Below, one piece after another: positions 27,210 to 38,246 of a stretch of DNA of 64,000 nucleotides. Below the pieces are notes generated by a model. The model did not search any database and was not told where the DNA came from. It was given only the letters and a program-made list of their open reading frames with translations. Position 1 is the stretch's first letter. Every line of letters starts with the position of its first letter. The stretch is from the NCBI GenBank assembly GCA_963662285.2, contig CAXXMV010000008.1, forward strand, positions 64,001 through 128,000, given 5' to 3'. Made by a program: the position numbers and the translations under genes. This stretch comes from a bacterium. GTDB lineage: Bacteria; Hinthialibacterota; Hinthialibacteria; Hinthialibacterales; Hinthialibacteraceae.

Positions 27210-29498
27210 TTACAGCCACTTGAAAGCGGTGGGATATTTTCCCCGGATCAGTGGAATTAGACGAAAGGATGTTGCAGGCAATTTGTTTATTTCTTCAAGG
27301 GTAATCGGGTAACGGGTGGGAAAAGCGCCATTGCCTATACCGGCTACAGCTGAGTTGATGCTGACCAGAGTTCCATCGGTTCCCTGCTCTATTGATACGT
27401 CGCCATCCAGCATCATAACGCCCAATCCATAACCCTGTTTATCCAGCAATGCCAAAGTACTTACACGGCTGCGGTTTCCCGGCGCCATTTCGCTTATGGG
27501 ATAATATTGATTTAATCCCCAGTTATTCAAAATCGATTGACCCGGATAAGATGGATATGGACCATCGCCCATCCAGGCGATTCGATCCAAGTTTGATGGA
27601 ACAATGAATGTCAGGCCAACCTCTTGCAGCACTTTATCATTATCACCGGGATGAACCTTAAACCGGATATCAGAAAAACCAAATGGAGATGATAAAATAT
27701 CAATATCAACCTTAACCGGATGATCGGCATCCAGAGGTTTACGCTCAATCATTGTAGTATGGAATTCAATATTCCTGCCGATCTTTTCCATGCTCTTTGA
27801 TTCCACCCACAAGTCATTAATTAATGGTGGTTGCAAACCAGGCGCTCCATCATGGCCATAATGCAACTGATCAGCTTTTGATCCGGGCCGCGCCAATCTA
27901 ATAAATGGACCGCCGCTAATCAGCCTTACATTATGCTCCTGAGTCCGCATAAACCAGCTGGTGGTAGCCAATTGAATATTGAAACAATAGTTTTTGTGTT
28001 CGATTCTTCCATCTAATGCGCTGCCGGATACTTTCCAGCCTTGATCCCATTTCAAATCACGCAATCGATTCAGTAATGACTTTTCCAGATCCCATGGACG
28101 TAAGTGGATTGATTGTTCATAAATCATGAGTCCTGAAGAATCATAAAACCGGTACAATAAATAATTGTTATAGTCGGCAAAATCTTCTGGCATCTCCAGA
28201 GCAGCGGCCAGTTCCATTTTGCTTCCCGGCTCAAGATCAATCCGTACGGTACTATGCGCGGCAACCTTGCCATCTCTCAGCAAAAACCTTTTACAAACAA
28301 TATCGCGAAGATTGGTAAAATTAAAATCATTGCGGAGAGTTAATTCAACCACCTGTTTGCCAGACTTAATCTTATGCTCAATTTCATCAATCCAGATAGG
28401 AGAAAAAGCCTTCTGAACCTGATGATAATCTATCTGATACGATTGATCAGCATTTGAAGATTGATCAGCGAATGGCTCAATCAATACGCCCGCCAGTTGA
28501 GGATGCTTTAGCTCCATACGCCGGAAATCTTCTAAACCTTCCATTGCATAATCTAATGTAGGGGAAAACGAAGTTGCAATAATGGGAAGACGCCTCTTTG
28601 ACAACTCGCGCATATCTTCAGGAATGATATTCTGCAGCGCCAATATATCCACCACATCCGGCAACGAAGCATCCGCAGTGCCAGCGATCAACAATGGTCG
28701 GGTTGCATCTAGTTCTTTAATATACTGAGCAGCCTCATTGATTTCCACATCTCCTTGCTGCTGCTTTCCGAGGTTCCATGCGATAAGAGACGCATGATTA
28801 GCGCAGCGGGTAATTTCCCGCTCAATATCCGCCTTCTCAGAATCGGGTAAATGAGCGATAACATACATCCCGGTTTTATCGCATTGTTCAAGGAAACGAG
28901 ATGCAGGATTTTGGTTGTTTATCAGCATGGCGTTGCAATTGGCTTGTTTCATCAATTGCAAATCGGCTTGCCATGCTCTTTCCTGCTGAGCAGCATCACC
29001 CGAAGTTGTATAATTATAGTTAACTCCACGAATAGTCAGCGGCGTTCTATTTAGTAATAATATTCCATTATCAATAGCAATCTCTCGAACTCCAATATCA
29101 ATTGAAATATCCTGGAGAGACTGTTCGGCAAGTTTGAGTGATGCTGATAAACGGTATAAACGGGGAGTTTCAGCAGTCCAATACTGGGGATGTTCAATTG
29201 GCAATATGGCGCGACCTATGGATATATCGCCTTGCGGTTCAAACCATGTAATGGTAGTCTGCGCCGTAGATTCTCCATCGGGAGAAGTTAAATTCAAGTC
29301 CAATACTACACCAGTTGCATCCTTGATACCCGACAGCGTCGATTTTATGTGAACCTTGGCTGATGTAGTGCGCTTGTCTAATTCGATGGTTGCCCTTAGA
29401 TCATCAATAGCATGATTCGCTTCATCACAAAAGACCACATCACAAAAAAATAGACCCACTAAAATACAACTAAAAATATTTAATAAAATATATTTCAT
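27210..29498 (-). CDS. GH2 (beta-galactosidase-like) protein with degenerate active site
   Basis: Signal peptide, WTAETPRLY, G.REI, RGVN, NHASLIAW and W.GDGPYPSYP. Catalytic Glu positions are substituted. Confidence 0.75.
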   Translation of the reverse strand: MKYILLNIFSCILVGLFFCDVVFCDEANHAIDDLRATIELDKRTTSAKVHIKSTLSGIKDATGVVLDLNLTSPDGESTAQTTITWFEPQGDISIGRAILPIEHPQYWTAETPRLYRLSASLKLAEQSLQDISIDIGVREIAIDNGILLLNRTPLTIRGVNYNYTTSGDAAQQERAWQADLQLMKQANCNAMLINNQNPASRFLEQCDKTGMYVIAHLPDSEKADIEREITRCANHASLIAWNLGKQQQGDVEINEAAQYIKELDATRPLLIAGTADASLPDVVDILALQNIIPEDMRELSKRRLPIIATSFSPTLDYAMEGLEDFRRMELKHPQLAGVLIEPFADQSSNADQSYQIDYHQVQKAFSPIWIDEIEHKIKSGKQVVELTLRNDFNFTNLRDIVCKRFLLRDGKVAAHSTVRIDLEPGSKMELAAALEMPEDFADYNNYLLYRFYDSSGLMIYEQSIHLRPWDLEKSLLNRLRDLKWDQGWKVSGSALDGRIEHKNYCFNIQLATTSWFMRTQEHNVRLISGGPFIRLARPGSKADQLHYGHDGAPGLQPPLINDLWVESKSMEKIGRNIEFHTTMIERKPLDADHPVKVDIDILSSPFGFSDIRFKVHPGDNDKVLQEVGLTFIVPSNLDRIAWMGDGPYPSYPGQSILNNWGLNQYYPISEMAPGNRSRVSTLALLDKQGYGLGVMMLDGDVSIEQGTDGTLVSINSAVAGIGNGAFPTRYPITLEEINKLPATSFRLIPLIRGKYPTAFKWL

Positions 29499-29549
29499 GG
29501 TATATAAGAGTTTAGCCTGTTAAAATATCTGCACCCTGCCCCAAGCCTA

Positions 29550-29858
29550 TTAATCATTAATAGAAAGTTTGAATTCATCCAATAAACGCTTGCCATGGAT
29601 AACGGCAATGATCAAGATTTGTTTGGGCTTTAGCTGATAAATAAGTCGATAACTATAAACGAATTTCTCTCGTATTTGCACATTGTTAAATTCGGTAACG
29701 ATACGACCTGTATATAGCATATCAGTTAATGATTTTGCAGTATAAAGAATTTTTTCTACTACAGCGCCGGCATAAGCAGCCGAATCACGTGAGATAAAAT
29801 CAGCAATTGATTCTACATCTTCGACTGCTCCAGGCGACCAGATTACTTTGATATCCAT
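29550..29858 (-). CDS. RelE/ParE family toxin
   Basis: VIWS..A..D...I.DFI..DS, GR...E, RE....YRLIY and IAVIHGKR. Confidence 0.9.
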   Translation of the reverse strand: MDIKVIWSPGAVEDVESIADFISRDSAAYAGAVVEKILYTAKSLTDMLYTGRIVTEFNNVQIREKFVYSYRLIYQLKPKQILIIAVIHGKRLLDEFKLSIND

Positions 29859-30031
29859 TTTTCAAGTTTCGCCTGAACATCTTCATGAGAAAGCGTTCCT
29901 TCCGAATCCGCGCGTTCAATTCCTCGTTTTACTTTTTCAACAACATAAAGATGGTACTGGATATCTTCCAGGGAACAATCATCCGGTAACTTTTTCAAGA
30001 GTGATTCCAATTCAACTTTGGCATTACTCAT
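29843..30031 (-). CDS. cognate antitoxin (62 aa)
   Basis: MSNAK..LPDDCSLEDIQYHLYV..KV.RG..G..SHE. Overlaps the toxin start. SD GGAG. Confidence 0.8.
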   Translation of the reverse strand: MSNAKVELESLLKKLPDDCSLEDIQYHLYVVEKVKRGIERADSEGTLSHEDVQAKLEKWISK

Positions 30032-30129
30032 CTTAATATCTCCAGAAATGATAAATTCATTATACCTCAGGAAAGAAGAACAACCACAGAGCAAATTGTC
30101 CAATAAGTTTCCATCATAGTATTAATAAC

Positions 30130-32460
30130 TCAATTCCCGATAATCTTATTAAACAAATTACCAACTGAACCAACGCCTTTTTTAACCATATTAACGCCCG
30201 ATTCAGCAATATCGACTGGTAATTTCAAAACATTACGCAGACCATTGTTAACATTGCTCCACAAAACAGATCCGATACCCAACCCCTGCTTAAATTTCGG
30301 ATCGCGAATATCACCAGTCCATTTGTTATTATTGAATGCAATAACGCCGTTTTTATCTTTCATACCATTCAAGGCCGTAATCACTGTCCGCTGATCGATT
30401 TTCAAAGGCCAACCACTTTTTACAGGCTTGAATACAGGATTAATCAGTTCAAGATCAATTATTCCATCAACCTGATCATCAACAATAGCCGCTTTTGCTT
30501 TTATACGCATGCCGCCATTTTCAATACGGACCGGTAAAGCTTTATCGCTGGTATATAAGTAAGGATGATATTTATCAATATTAACGATAAATAACATTCC
30601 TTCACCTTTCATATTAAATAATGGTCCAGAAGGCGAAACAGATCCGTTAAAGACCAGAGTCCCCGGCGACGGTTCCAGTAAAACAGCCGACATAATTAAT
30701 GGAGCAAGCGAAGCAGATTCTTTCCCAAAAATCAGATCAGACCATGTCGCATTAAAGTCGTCTAACCGATGCATTATGGGCTGTTCGATTGTGCGGTCTT
30801 CAATATTAAAGTTTGCGTTAACAATGCTCAGTTTTCCAATGGTTATAGGATTGGAGATTTCCTCCTCGCTAACCTTGGCGATTCCCTGAGAAACCCTCTT
30901 CCCCAACTGAATCCAATCTGAAGCAGAGTTAACCAGTTCAAATTGATCCGGCAGCCAGGCGCATTGCACACGAGCGTCATGGAAAACAGCTTGCTTCCAA
31001 CTCTTCCACTCCTGATCATCATTTCTTATGGCCGTAATGGAGTGAATATCAATGTTGGAATTGCGGGCGCCGCTTACCTTGCTCCATGAAATCCCTGATG
31101 CGCTCAAAACATTGGACTCTGCCCGATATTCAATGAAATCCGTTGTCATCCGCTGATCTTCAACGTTTGTTCGATGCAATGCCACCACGCTATCTTCAAA
31201 TGCCAGATATTTCAGTTCTTCAAGCGGAGCGGGTTTCATGGCGGTGGTTTTAGTAGACTTGGGCAGCAGTGATTCGATTACAGAGCGAATGCAATTCACC
31301 GCCCGTACTACATTCAACCCGCCTTGCTTATCTTCACGGATATCAAGCCGACCGCCCTTGGCAACAAGGCGTTCGACCGTTGTTTCACCTTTTACAACAC
31401 CGCCTAATACGATGCGGTTCAACAGAAGCAGCGACTTGCCATCTTCTTCAAGAACAGCGTTGCTTATAGTCAATTCATCTTTGATTCCATCATATTCAAC
31501 TTGATCAGCATTAAGAACTATTTCGCCGGATTCTTTCCCGGCGACGGAAGCGGGAAGAATTCTTATATTCGCATTGGTAACTTTAAGCATTACAACCGGG
31601 CTGCCTGAAACTTCTACAGCCGGTTTAGCGCCAAGCATCGAACTGCTTATTTCGCTGTATACCCGAAACCAAATTTCTCCAATATCATTATAATCGTATC
31701 TATCATTGCTTATCTGACGCCCGTCAAGCCGGACGCCATCTGCTTCAATAACCAGACAATTTTGCAGTTCCTTCATCATATTCTGAATATTCAGATTCTT
31801 AAACGAAAACAAGGCGTCTTCGCTTGTTGAATCAAAAACCCGTGAATTTTCAATCTTCATTTGTTGATTGTCAGGATAAAACTCAAGACGTCCAAGATTT
31901 ATAACAGTGGATTTTTTTTCTGCGTCAGCGGAATTCAGATAATTCAGATGAATATCTTCCAATTCAATAGATGGTATTTTGCTCAATGCATCATCTGGCG
32001 GCGCCGCTGGCTTCTTATCCGGTTTTTTAACATCCGCCAAGGCAATGATTTGACCATCATCTTTCTGCTTAACAACTCGTTCTATGGCCTTTGACCAATT
32101 CAATTTCCCATCCGCAGCAGGCGCCAAGTCCACTTGGATGGATTGCCCATTGATCTGCTTTACATCCACATTACCCCGAATGGCTTTGATTACATTGACG
32201 GATAAATCAACCTGCTTAGCCGCCCCCAACCTGATAGAAGGAGAGAAAGAAGCATCTCTCAATACCGGTCTCTCAATCGATAAATTACCAGGGAAGATAT
32301 CAAAATCGAACTTTTTATAATCCAGGGATAATCCATACTGCAAATCCATTGCCGATAGTAAAACTGATACGGCGATTGATCTCCAATAAAACAAAAATGG
32401 AGCTGCCAGAATCACCAAAACAATGGGAATTATAATTAGTAATTTTTTCTTCATTTTCAC
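30130..32460 (-). CDS. AsmA/DUF748-like protein with N-terminal membrane anchor
   Basis: N-terminal TM, DGKLNW repeats and C-terminal GDIRDPKF. Confidence 0.65.
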   Translation of the reverse strand: MKMKKKLLIIIPIVLVILAAPFLFYWRSIAVSVLLSAMDLQYGLSLDYKKFDFDIFPGNLSIERPVLRDASFSPSIRLGAAKQVDLSVNVIKAIRGNVDVKQINGQSIQVDLAPAADGKLNWSKAIERVVKQKDDGQIIALADVKKPDKKPAAPPDDALSKIPSIELEDIHLNYLNSADAEKKSTVINLGRLEFYPDNQQMKIENSRVFDSTSEDALFSFKNLNIQNMMKELQNCLVIEADGVRLDGRQISNDRYDYNDIGEIWFRVYSEISSSMLGAKPAVEVSGSPVVMLKVTNANIRILPASVAGKESGEIVLNADQVEYDGIKDELTISNAVLEEDGKSLLLLNRIVLGGVVKGETTVERLVAKGGRLDIREDKQGGLNVVRAVNCIRSVIESLLPKSTKTTAMKPAPLEELKYLAFEDSVVALHRTNVEDQRMTTDFIEYRAESNVLSASGISWSKVSGARNSNIDIHSITAIRNDDQEWKSWKQAVFHDARVQCAWLPDQFELVNSASDWIQLGKRVSQGIAKVSEEEISNPITIGKLSIVNANFNIEDRTIEQPIMHRLDDFNATWSDLIFGKESASLAPLIMSAVLLEPSPGTLVFNGSVSPSGPLFNMKGEGMLFIVNIDKYHPYLYTSDKALPVRIENGGMRIKAKAAIVDDQVDGIIDLELINPVFKPVKSGWPLKIDQRTVITALNGMKDKNGVIAFNNNKWTGDIRDPKFKQGLGIGSVLWSNVNNGLRNVLKLPVDIAESGVNMVKKGVGSVGNLFNKIIGN

Positions 32461-32727
32461 TTTAACTCACATAATATAACGGATAACAATCTAATTATAT
32501 CACGCATCTTTGTTCATTATTTTGATTTTCGATACTCTAATCGTAAAATTCCTGAACTCAAATATATTTTTATGCAATTAAACGATTCAAAGATTGACTT
32601 ATTCAATTATGGACATTGTACTCAACCACCATATAAATCAACAGTTAATCATACCCTTTTTGAGATAATATCAAACGCTATCATTTACTTGTAAGATTGT
32701 CATATTATCACATCAAGAAAGAAACCA

Positions 32728-34584
32728 ATGAACCTACTCGCTCTTCTATCAACCACAGTTATGCTCTGCGCCTTTGAACCGATAGGCGTATTCGATTTGA
32801 CCTACACCCTCAAATTTGACGCAAGCGACCAGGCTCAAGTCGCCGCCGCCTGGGATCATTGTCACGCCGCATCAACCCTACAAGGCAACGTCAACAGAAA
32901 ACAGCCGCTGCTCTATTTTCACTATGTTAACAACGGTGGAATCAATGTTGACGACTATTGGCTGGATAAAATGTCCGAACCGGGACAGTGGCTCGAACAA
33001 CGCGGCAGGAAGGAAATCCCGGACATCATCAGTCTTATCAAAGAGTACCGGCGCTTTATCAAAGGCGCCGTAGTCTATGATCCCAATGTGCCAGCCACCA
33101 GCAACCTGGCCTCAACCATCGCAGGCGTCGAAGATTTGATCGCCATACGCTACGACGCCTCGCCGGATTCGCTCTACTCCAAAGTTATCCTTCATGGCCT
33201 AAAATTGCCAGTCATTAAACGATTGATCAACCAGGACGGTTCATCGCTGTTCACCGGAAAAGGAACCATCCCCTCAACCGATATACCATCCACCGGAAGC
33301 GCCAAATGCGACGCTTACCTATGGCTCAAGCATAATTACATCGACAGTGGTAAAGTCGACGCAACTTACGCAGGTTATTACATCGACTCTTATTGGATGA
33401 AAAATCCAACCGCTGCAAATCCCAACCAACATACCCTTACCAATCATGATTATTTTGTAGCGAAACGCGGCTTCTTCTTCGACCTGGGATCAATCGGCGA
33501 CGAGAAACCGGTTGATGATATCCAGCAACCCATGGGTACCGACCTGAAAACCCTGCAAAGCCTGCTGCTCAGCGCTTATCATCACGGCGGTAAAGATAAA
33601 ATGATCCACATCGGCGGCTTCACGCCCTGGGCATACAAATACACCGATCACGGCAAGGCCGGAGGTAAGCATGGCGGAGTCCATGTTGAATGGGAATTCG
33701 GTAAAATCGCCAGCGCCTACAATGCCTATGTTGACGCTGACGCCATCGGATACGCGGCTATGGCCAACGCCTCGTTCTTCGCCCATTATCCATTGCAGAA
33801 AGAATATCCCCAGAAATGGGTAACACATGCTGAATTGAAGCAACGCGGCTACCTAACTGACGACGGCAAGGTGAATTTTGATGGACGCGATTTCATCATC
33901 TTCTATGTAGGCGATTACGATTCCGCCGCCTGGGTTTATCAAATGATGCCGTCTATCTGGGATAACCCGGATCATGGCAAAATCCCCATGATGTGGAGCA
34001 TCAGCCCGGTGCTGGACCGCCGCGCGGGTATGGCGCTGGATTATTTCCGGCGCACTGCTGGCCCGCTGGATCATTTCGCCGCCGCAGATAATGGCGCGGG
34101 ATACCTTAATCCGGGGATGCTTCAAGAACCCCGCCCGCTATCCGGATTGCCCAGCGGACTGGATGCATGGGCCGCGCATTGCAAACATTATTATGATAAG
34201 TGGGACATCACCATAACCGGATTCGTTATAGACGGCTACGCTCCGGGATTAACCAAAGAAGGTTTGGACTGTTACGCCAAATTCAGCCCCAACGGCATTG
34301 TCCCGCAAAAAATCCCCCCATCATTACTGCATGGCGACATGCCGGTAATCCGTTCGGATTATGATGTGAACCGGGGAGTTGAACAATCAGTCAATACCAT
34401 TTTAGCCAGAGTCAGGGATCGCGATCTGCCCTTCCACTGGTTTAGAAACATACTTAAATCCCCGACATGGTATTTGCAGGTTTCCGAAGGTCTCAAGAAG
34501 GCCAATCCAAAAATCGAACTACTCGACGCTCCGACTTTCTTCGAGTTATATCGCATTTACTTGAAAAACCAGGTTGCGAAATGA
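32728..34584 (+). CDS. GxGYxYP-domain putative glycoside hydrolase
   Basis: LQG.VNR.QP.LY, VGDYDS and the NGAGYLNP signature. Confidence 0.8.
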   Translation: MNLLALLSTTVMLCAFEPIGVFDLTYTLKFDASDQAQVAAAWDHCHAASTLQGNVNRKQPLLYFHYVNNGGINVDDYWLDKMSEPGQWLEQRGRKEIPDIISLIKEYRRFIKGAVVYDPNVPATSNLASTIAGVEDLIAIRYDASPDSLYSKVILHGLKLPVIKRLINQDGSSLFTGKGTIPSTDIPSTGSAKCDAYLWLKHNYIDSGKVDATYAGYYIDSYWMKNPTAANPNQHTLTNHDYFVAKRGFFFDLGSIGDEKPVDDIQQPMGTDLKTLQSLLLSAYHHGGKDKMIHIGGFTPWAYKYTDHGKAGGKHGGVHVEWEFGKIASAYNAYVDADAIGYAAMANASFFAHYPLQKEYPQKWVTHAELKQRGYLTDDGKVNFDGRDFIIFYVGDYDSAAWVYQMMPSIWDNPDHGKIPMMWSISPVLDRRAGMALDYFRRTAGPLDHFAAADNGAGYLNPGMLQEPRPLSGLPSGLDAWAAHCKHYYDKWDITITGFVIDGYAPGLTKEGLDCYAKFSPNGIVPQKIPPSLLHGDMPVIRSDYDVNRGVEQSVNTILARVRDRDLPFHWFRNILKSPTWYLQVSEGLKKANPKIELLDAPTFFELYRIYLKNQVAK

Positions 34585-34602
34585 TGGATAAGTGATGCCC
34601 AT

Positions 34603-34733
34603 ATTCTCCCCCCAAGTTGGGGGGAGTTAGAGGGGGGTTGCGTTTCAACCAATCAATCCCATCCTAGCCTTTCCTAAGTTGGGGGGGGATAGAAGTGGGT
34701 GCCAAGGGCAGTGTCCTTTCTGCCCTTGACTGA
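34603..34733. repeat. REP-like family B doublet (34603-34690) plus family C copy (34696-34733)
   Basis: attctccccccaagttggggggagttagaggggggttg is nearly identical to 47905 onward. Lies between convergent genes. Confidence 0.8.
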
Positions 34734-34942
34734 CAACCTCTGAAAAAAATTAACTTTAATTCTTGATAATCCATTTACAGGCGCAATATATTAGATTTGA
34801 TTCTGCTTTCATAGTGGATTTTTGATAAACCATGTAAACAAATGAAGTGAATTCAATCAAGGGCAGAAAATACACTGCCCTTGCCACCCAACTTATTTGA
34901 AAACTAAACATTAAACACAACAAACAAATTTTAAAAATCTCG

Positions 34943-36265
34943 CTATTCCGAAACCGCTTCAGCATGAGTAATCTTCAAAACCACCGGATTAGGCCATTTG
35001 CGGTCGTTATATAATCGCTGAGAACGGGTGGCGGATATATGCAGCCCGTCCGGTTTTTGATTCCATCTGGTTTCAGGATTATTGTCGGGTTGATACTCCA
35101 ATACTACGCCGTTATGCCCCAACACGCTGACCACGGTATCCGCTGTTGCTTTGACGGATTGCAACACAAACTCTTTGCGCTCGCCATATTTCCATTCGGT
35201 GCGCGTAACAAACGCATAGACCGTATCGGCATTCTTCTTTTTGGTGAACCAAATATCCCCTTGGTTAGTAATATGCCAGGGTTCGACGCAATGAACCGCT
35301 TCAGAGTTCACGAAATTCCACAGAGCCATCTCTCTCATGATGCTCTCCTGCTCAATGGGAATCTCACCATTCGGTTTGGGGCCGACGTTATAAAGCAGGT
35401 TGCCGCCTTTGGCGCGGGTTTCGATCAACATTTCGATGGCCCGCGTTCCGCTTTTGTAGTTTTCATTGGTCGGTTTGTACTGCCATTGCGTACCCATCGT
35501 GAGGCATGATTCCCAAGGCCCCGGAATCGGCTTGCCGGGAATATTCTGTTCTGGAGTCTCAATCACTCCACGGGTTACAATCATCTGCGGCTGCAATTCC
35601 CAGCAGATCTCGGTCAATCCCTGACAGGGGCCATCGATAAACATCATGTCGATGGGGCCATAGTTAGTCAGCAGTTCACGCATTTGAGCCAGATCATACT
35701 GCAATAATTCAGCATTCTCATGCACCGCGACTCCGGGACGCCTGCGACTGATTAATGCCCCCTGCTTATGCAGAAAATAAAAATCATCAGGCGAAAAATA
35801 GAATCCCACAGCGATGCCCTGCTTACGGAAGGCTTCAACGAATTGCGCCGTGATATCCTTGCCATAGGGCGTGTTCATAATATCAAAATCGGTCGTCTTT
35901 GAATCAAACATGCAGAAACCTGAATGATGTTTGGTAGTAAACACGGCGTATTTGAAACCCGCCAGTTTGGCCAGCACCGCCCATTCTTCAGGATCATAGC
36001 GTTTTGGATTAAAGGTCGTGGGCAACTGATTGATAAAACGATCCAGATAATCCTCTGAAGCCCCAACCATCGAATGACTTATCACCGATCCAAGTTGACT
36101 ATCCATACTCCAATGAATAAACAGCCCCAGCCCCTGCTCCATGAACCACTCAATGCGTTCCGGCTGATTCCTGGACGGCTGCAATTCTATTTGCGCATAA
36201 CAGGTTCCTTCCATCAACAGTACTGACGCAAACAAAATGCATAAAAACAGCGTTACTCTATTCAT
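34943..36265 (-). CDS. alpha-L-fucosidase, GH29
   Basis: GLFIHW, TTKHHSGF, YFSPDD, FIDG nucleophile region, WESCLT and GGNLL.NVGP. Confidence 0.9.
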   Translation of the reverse strand: MNRVTLFLCILFASVLLMEGTCYAQIELQPSRNQPERIEWFMEQGLGLFIHWSMDSQLGSVISHSMVGASEDYLDRFINQLPTTFNPKRYDPEEWAVLAKLAGFKYAVFTTKHHSGFCMFDSKTTDFDIMNTPYGKDITAQFVEAFRKQGIAVGFYFSPDDFYFLHKQGALISRRRPGVAVHENAELLQYDLAQMRELLTNYGPIDMMFIDGPCQGLTEICWELQPQMIVTRGVIETPEQNIPGKPIPGPWESCLTMGTQWQYKPTNENYKSGTRAIEMLIETRAKGGNLLYNVGPKPNGEIPIEQESIMREMALWNFVNSEAVHCVEPWHITNQGDIWFTKKKNADTVYAFVTRTEWKYGERKEFVLQSVKATADTVVSVLGHNGVVLEYQPDNNPETRWNQKPDGLHISATRSQRLYNDRKWPNPVVLKITHAEAVSE

Positions 36266-36437
36266 GATAAAAACCTTTCAAATTTTCCAGAATAAAACCA
36301 TCGATGCAAACGTATATTAAAAGAAAATGTTTCTTATTCCACCTGTGGAAATTAACCAACAGCGCATTGATTATCATAAAATATTATGCAATGATTCGGT
36401 AAATACAGGCGTTAACAAATATAAACATTAACTATCT

Positions 36438-38162
36438 ATGAATAACACACTGATTTCAACTATATTCAACAACCTACCCAGATTATTCAATAATCCAGTA
36501 ATTCTGCGCGAGATTATTGACCGCTTAAGAAAAAAGAGTTCTTTTATTTATCTCTCTATTTTTCTTGGCATCATAACCATATTGTTCTTCTGCCTACTCC
36601 CTTCATTAAAAGCAAACTATTACAGAAGCGGCAGTTCGCGTGAATTATTCATGATTTTCAATTGCATCCAGGGAATTATCATTCTGGTGCTGGTTCCACT
36701 TATCAGCGCAACTTGCATAAACATAGAACGTGAACGCTGCTCATGGGACCTTCTAATCACCACGCCGATCAGCATCCCCAGCATCCTTCTGGCCAAATTT
36801 CTTTCTCCCATTGTTTTAACTATCATAATGGCCAGTTCCCTGATTCCCATTTATGGACTCATCATCACCCTGGGCGGGGTCTCTCCGGGAGAAATAATTT
36901 TCACCTTCGCTATTTTTCTGGAATTGTCCATAACAGCGGCCTTGATCGGTCTCTATTGTTCGGTCAAATGGAAAAGCACAATTATCTCTATTTATTTCAC
37001 CTATCTCTTCCTGGTAATTTTGTATGTAATCCCGCCAATACTCATAATGGCAAATTTTAATCCATCCAACCAACCACTTGGATTATTAATTTTCTTTTCC
37101 CCCCTGATGATCGCCTTTCAGCTGGCTGGCGAGAGATTAGCATTATGTTCCAACTCAATAGCCATATTGATTCATGGATTCATAGTTTTAGTGATCGGTT
37201 TGATCATCGCCTACTTTTGCGTTAAGGCTTTAATGATCCAAACCATATATGGAAAATACACCAGCCGCAAACACCGGAAACACCCTCGCCGCATACCAGC
37301 ATTCATTAAACTAACAATATATTGGTTCAACCGCATTTTTCTATCATCTAGAAACCTGCTTGTAAAAAAGGAAATTATCGCGCATAACGGCGTATCCGGT
37401 TCGCGGGTAGCAATATCTCTATTGATATTACTGGGCATCAACATCAGCATCTTGTTACTGTTAATCATGTCAGGTGAAAGAAAACCGATAGATACCTATA
37501 TTGCCATCAGCATCCTGGTCGGTCTATTTCTGGTTCCATTTCTGATCATTCCCGGCGGAGTGAGTTGTTTCCGATCAGAATTCGACAAAGACTCCTGGAA
37601 CCTTCTCGCCACAACAAAACTTACGCCTCTTCAAATACTAAACGGGAAATACATAGCTGCTATTAATGTCTTCGTATATCAGGCAATCGCTTATTTTACG
37701 CTGCCTTTACTATTTTCATTTCTACATACTACAACAATGAATCGCCCCTTTGATTTCAACATAATAGAATTCTTAGTTCTCATGATCTGTCTATTCGTAG
37801 CCGCCAATTTTTATTTGATAATCAGCATTCTCATCTCGCTTAACGTCCGCGAAACGCTCACCGCTTATGGCATCAGTTTTTTCACTGTCTTTGCAACATT
37901 ATTGATACCAGTGGCCAGTTTAATAGTTCTTGGTGAAATGCATATTATTTCAGACCGTATTACCGAAAATAATTTGGCGATTTTATTATCAGCAATCTTT
38001 TCACCTTTCATGAATTGGATTCTTATTAATGAAAGAAATGATAATATTAACCAATTTACGATTTTCCTACCCTTAATTATGCAGATTTGTTCCCTGTTAC
38101 TCCTGACCTTCATCCTCAAAGTTTTCGCAATCAACCGCCTGAAAAAAATCATGAATCTTTGA
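36438..38162 (+). CDS. ABC-2 type permease with two tandem permease halves
   Basis: NPVILRE and ERERCSWDLLITTP..I...KF, echoed by N.LVKKE and EFDKDSWNLL.TT.L....I..GK. Confidence 0.75.
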   Translation: MNNTLISTIFNNLPRLFNNPVILREIIDRLRKKSSFIYLSIFLGIITILFFCLLPSLKANYYRSGSSRELFMIFNCIQGIIILVLVPLISATCINIERERCSWDLLITTPISIPSILLAKFLSPIVLTIIMASSLIPIYGLIITLGGVSPGEIIFTFAIFLELSITAALIGLYCSVKWKSTIISIYFTYLFLVILYVIPPILIMANFNPSNQPLGLLIFFSPLMIAFQLAGERLALCSNSIAILIHGFIVLVIGLIIAYFCVKALMIQTIYGKYTSRKHRKHPRRIPAFIKLTIYWFNRIFLSSRNLLVKKEIIAHNGVSGSRVAISLLILLGINISILLLLIMSGERKPIDTYIAISILVGLFLVPFLIIPGGVSCFRSEFDKDSWNLLATTKLTPLQILNGKYIAAINVFVYQAIAYFTLPLLFSFLHTTTMNRPFDFNIIEFLVLMICLFVAANFYLIISILISLNVRETLTAYGISFFTVFATLLIPVASLIVLGEMHIISDRITENNLAILLSAIFSPFMNWILINERNDNINQFTIFLPLIMQICSLLLLTFILKVFAINRLKKIMNL

Positions 38163-38246
38163 TATTAAACGCTACTCTTCAGGTGAGTTTTGCTTTTGGA
38201 TTTGCTATAGTAACTATAAATCTATCTTTATAAAAAGGTACAAACC

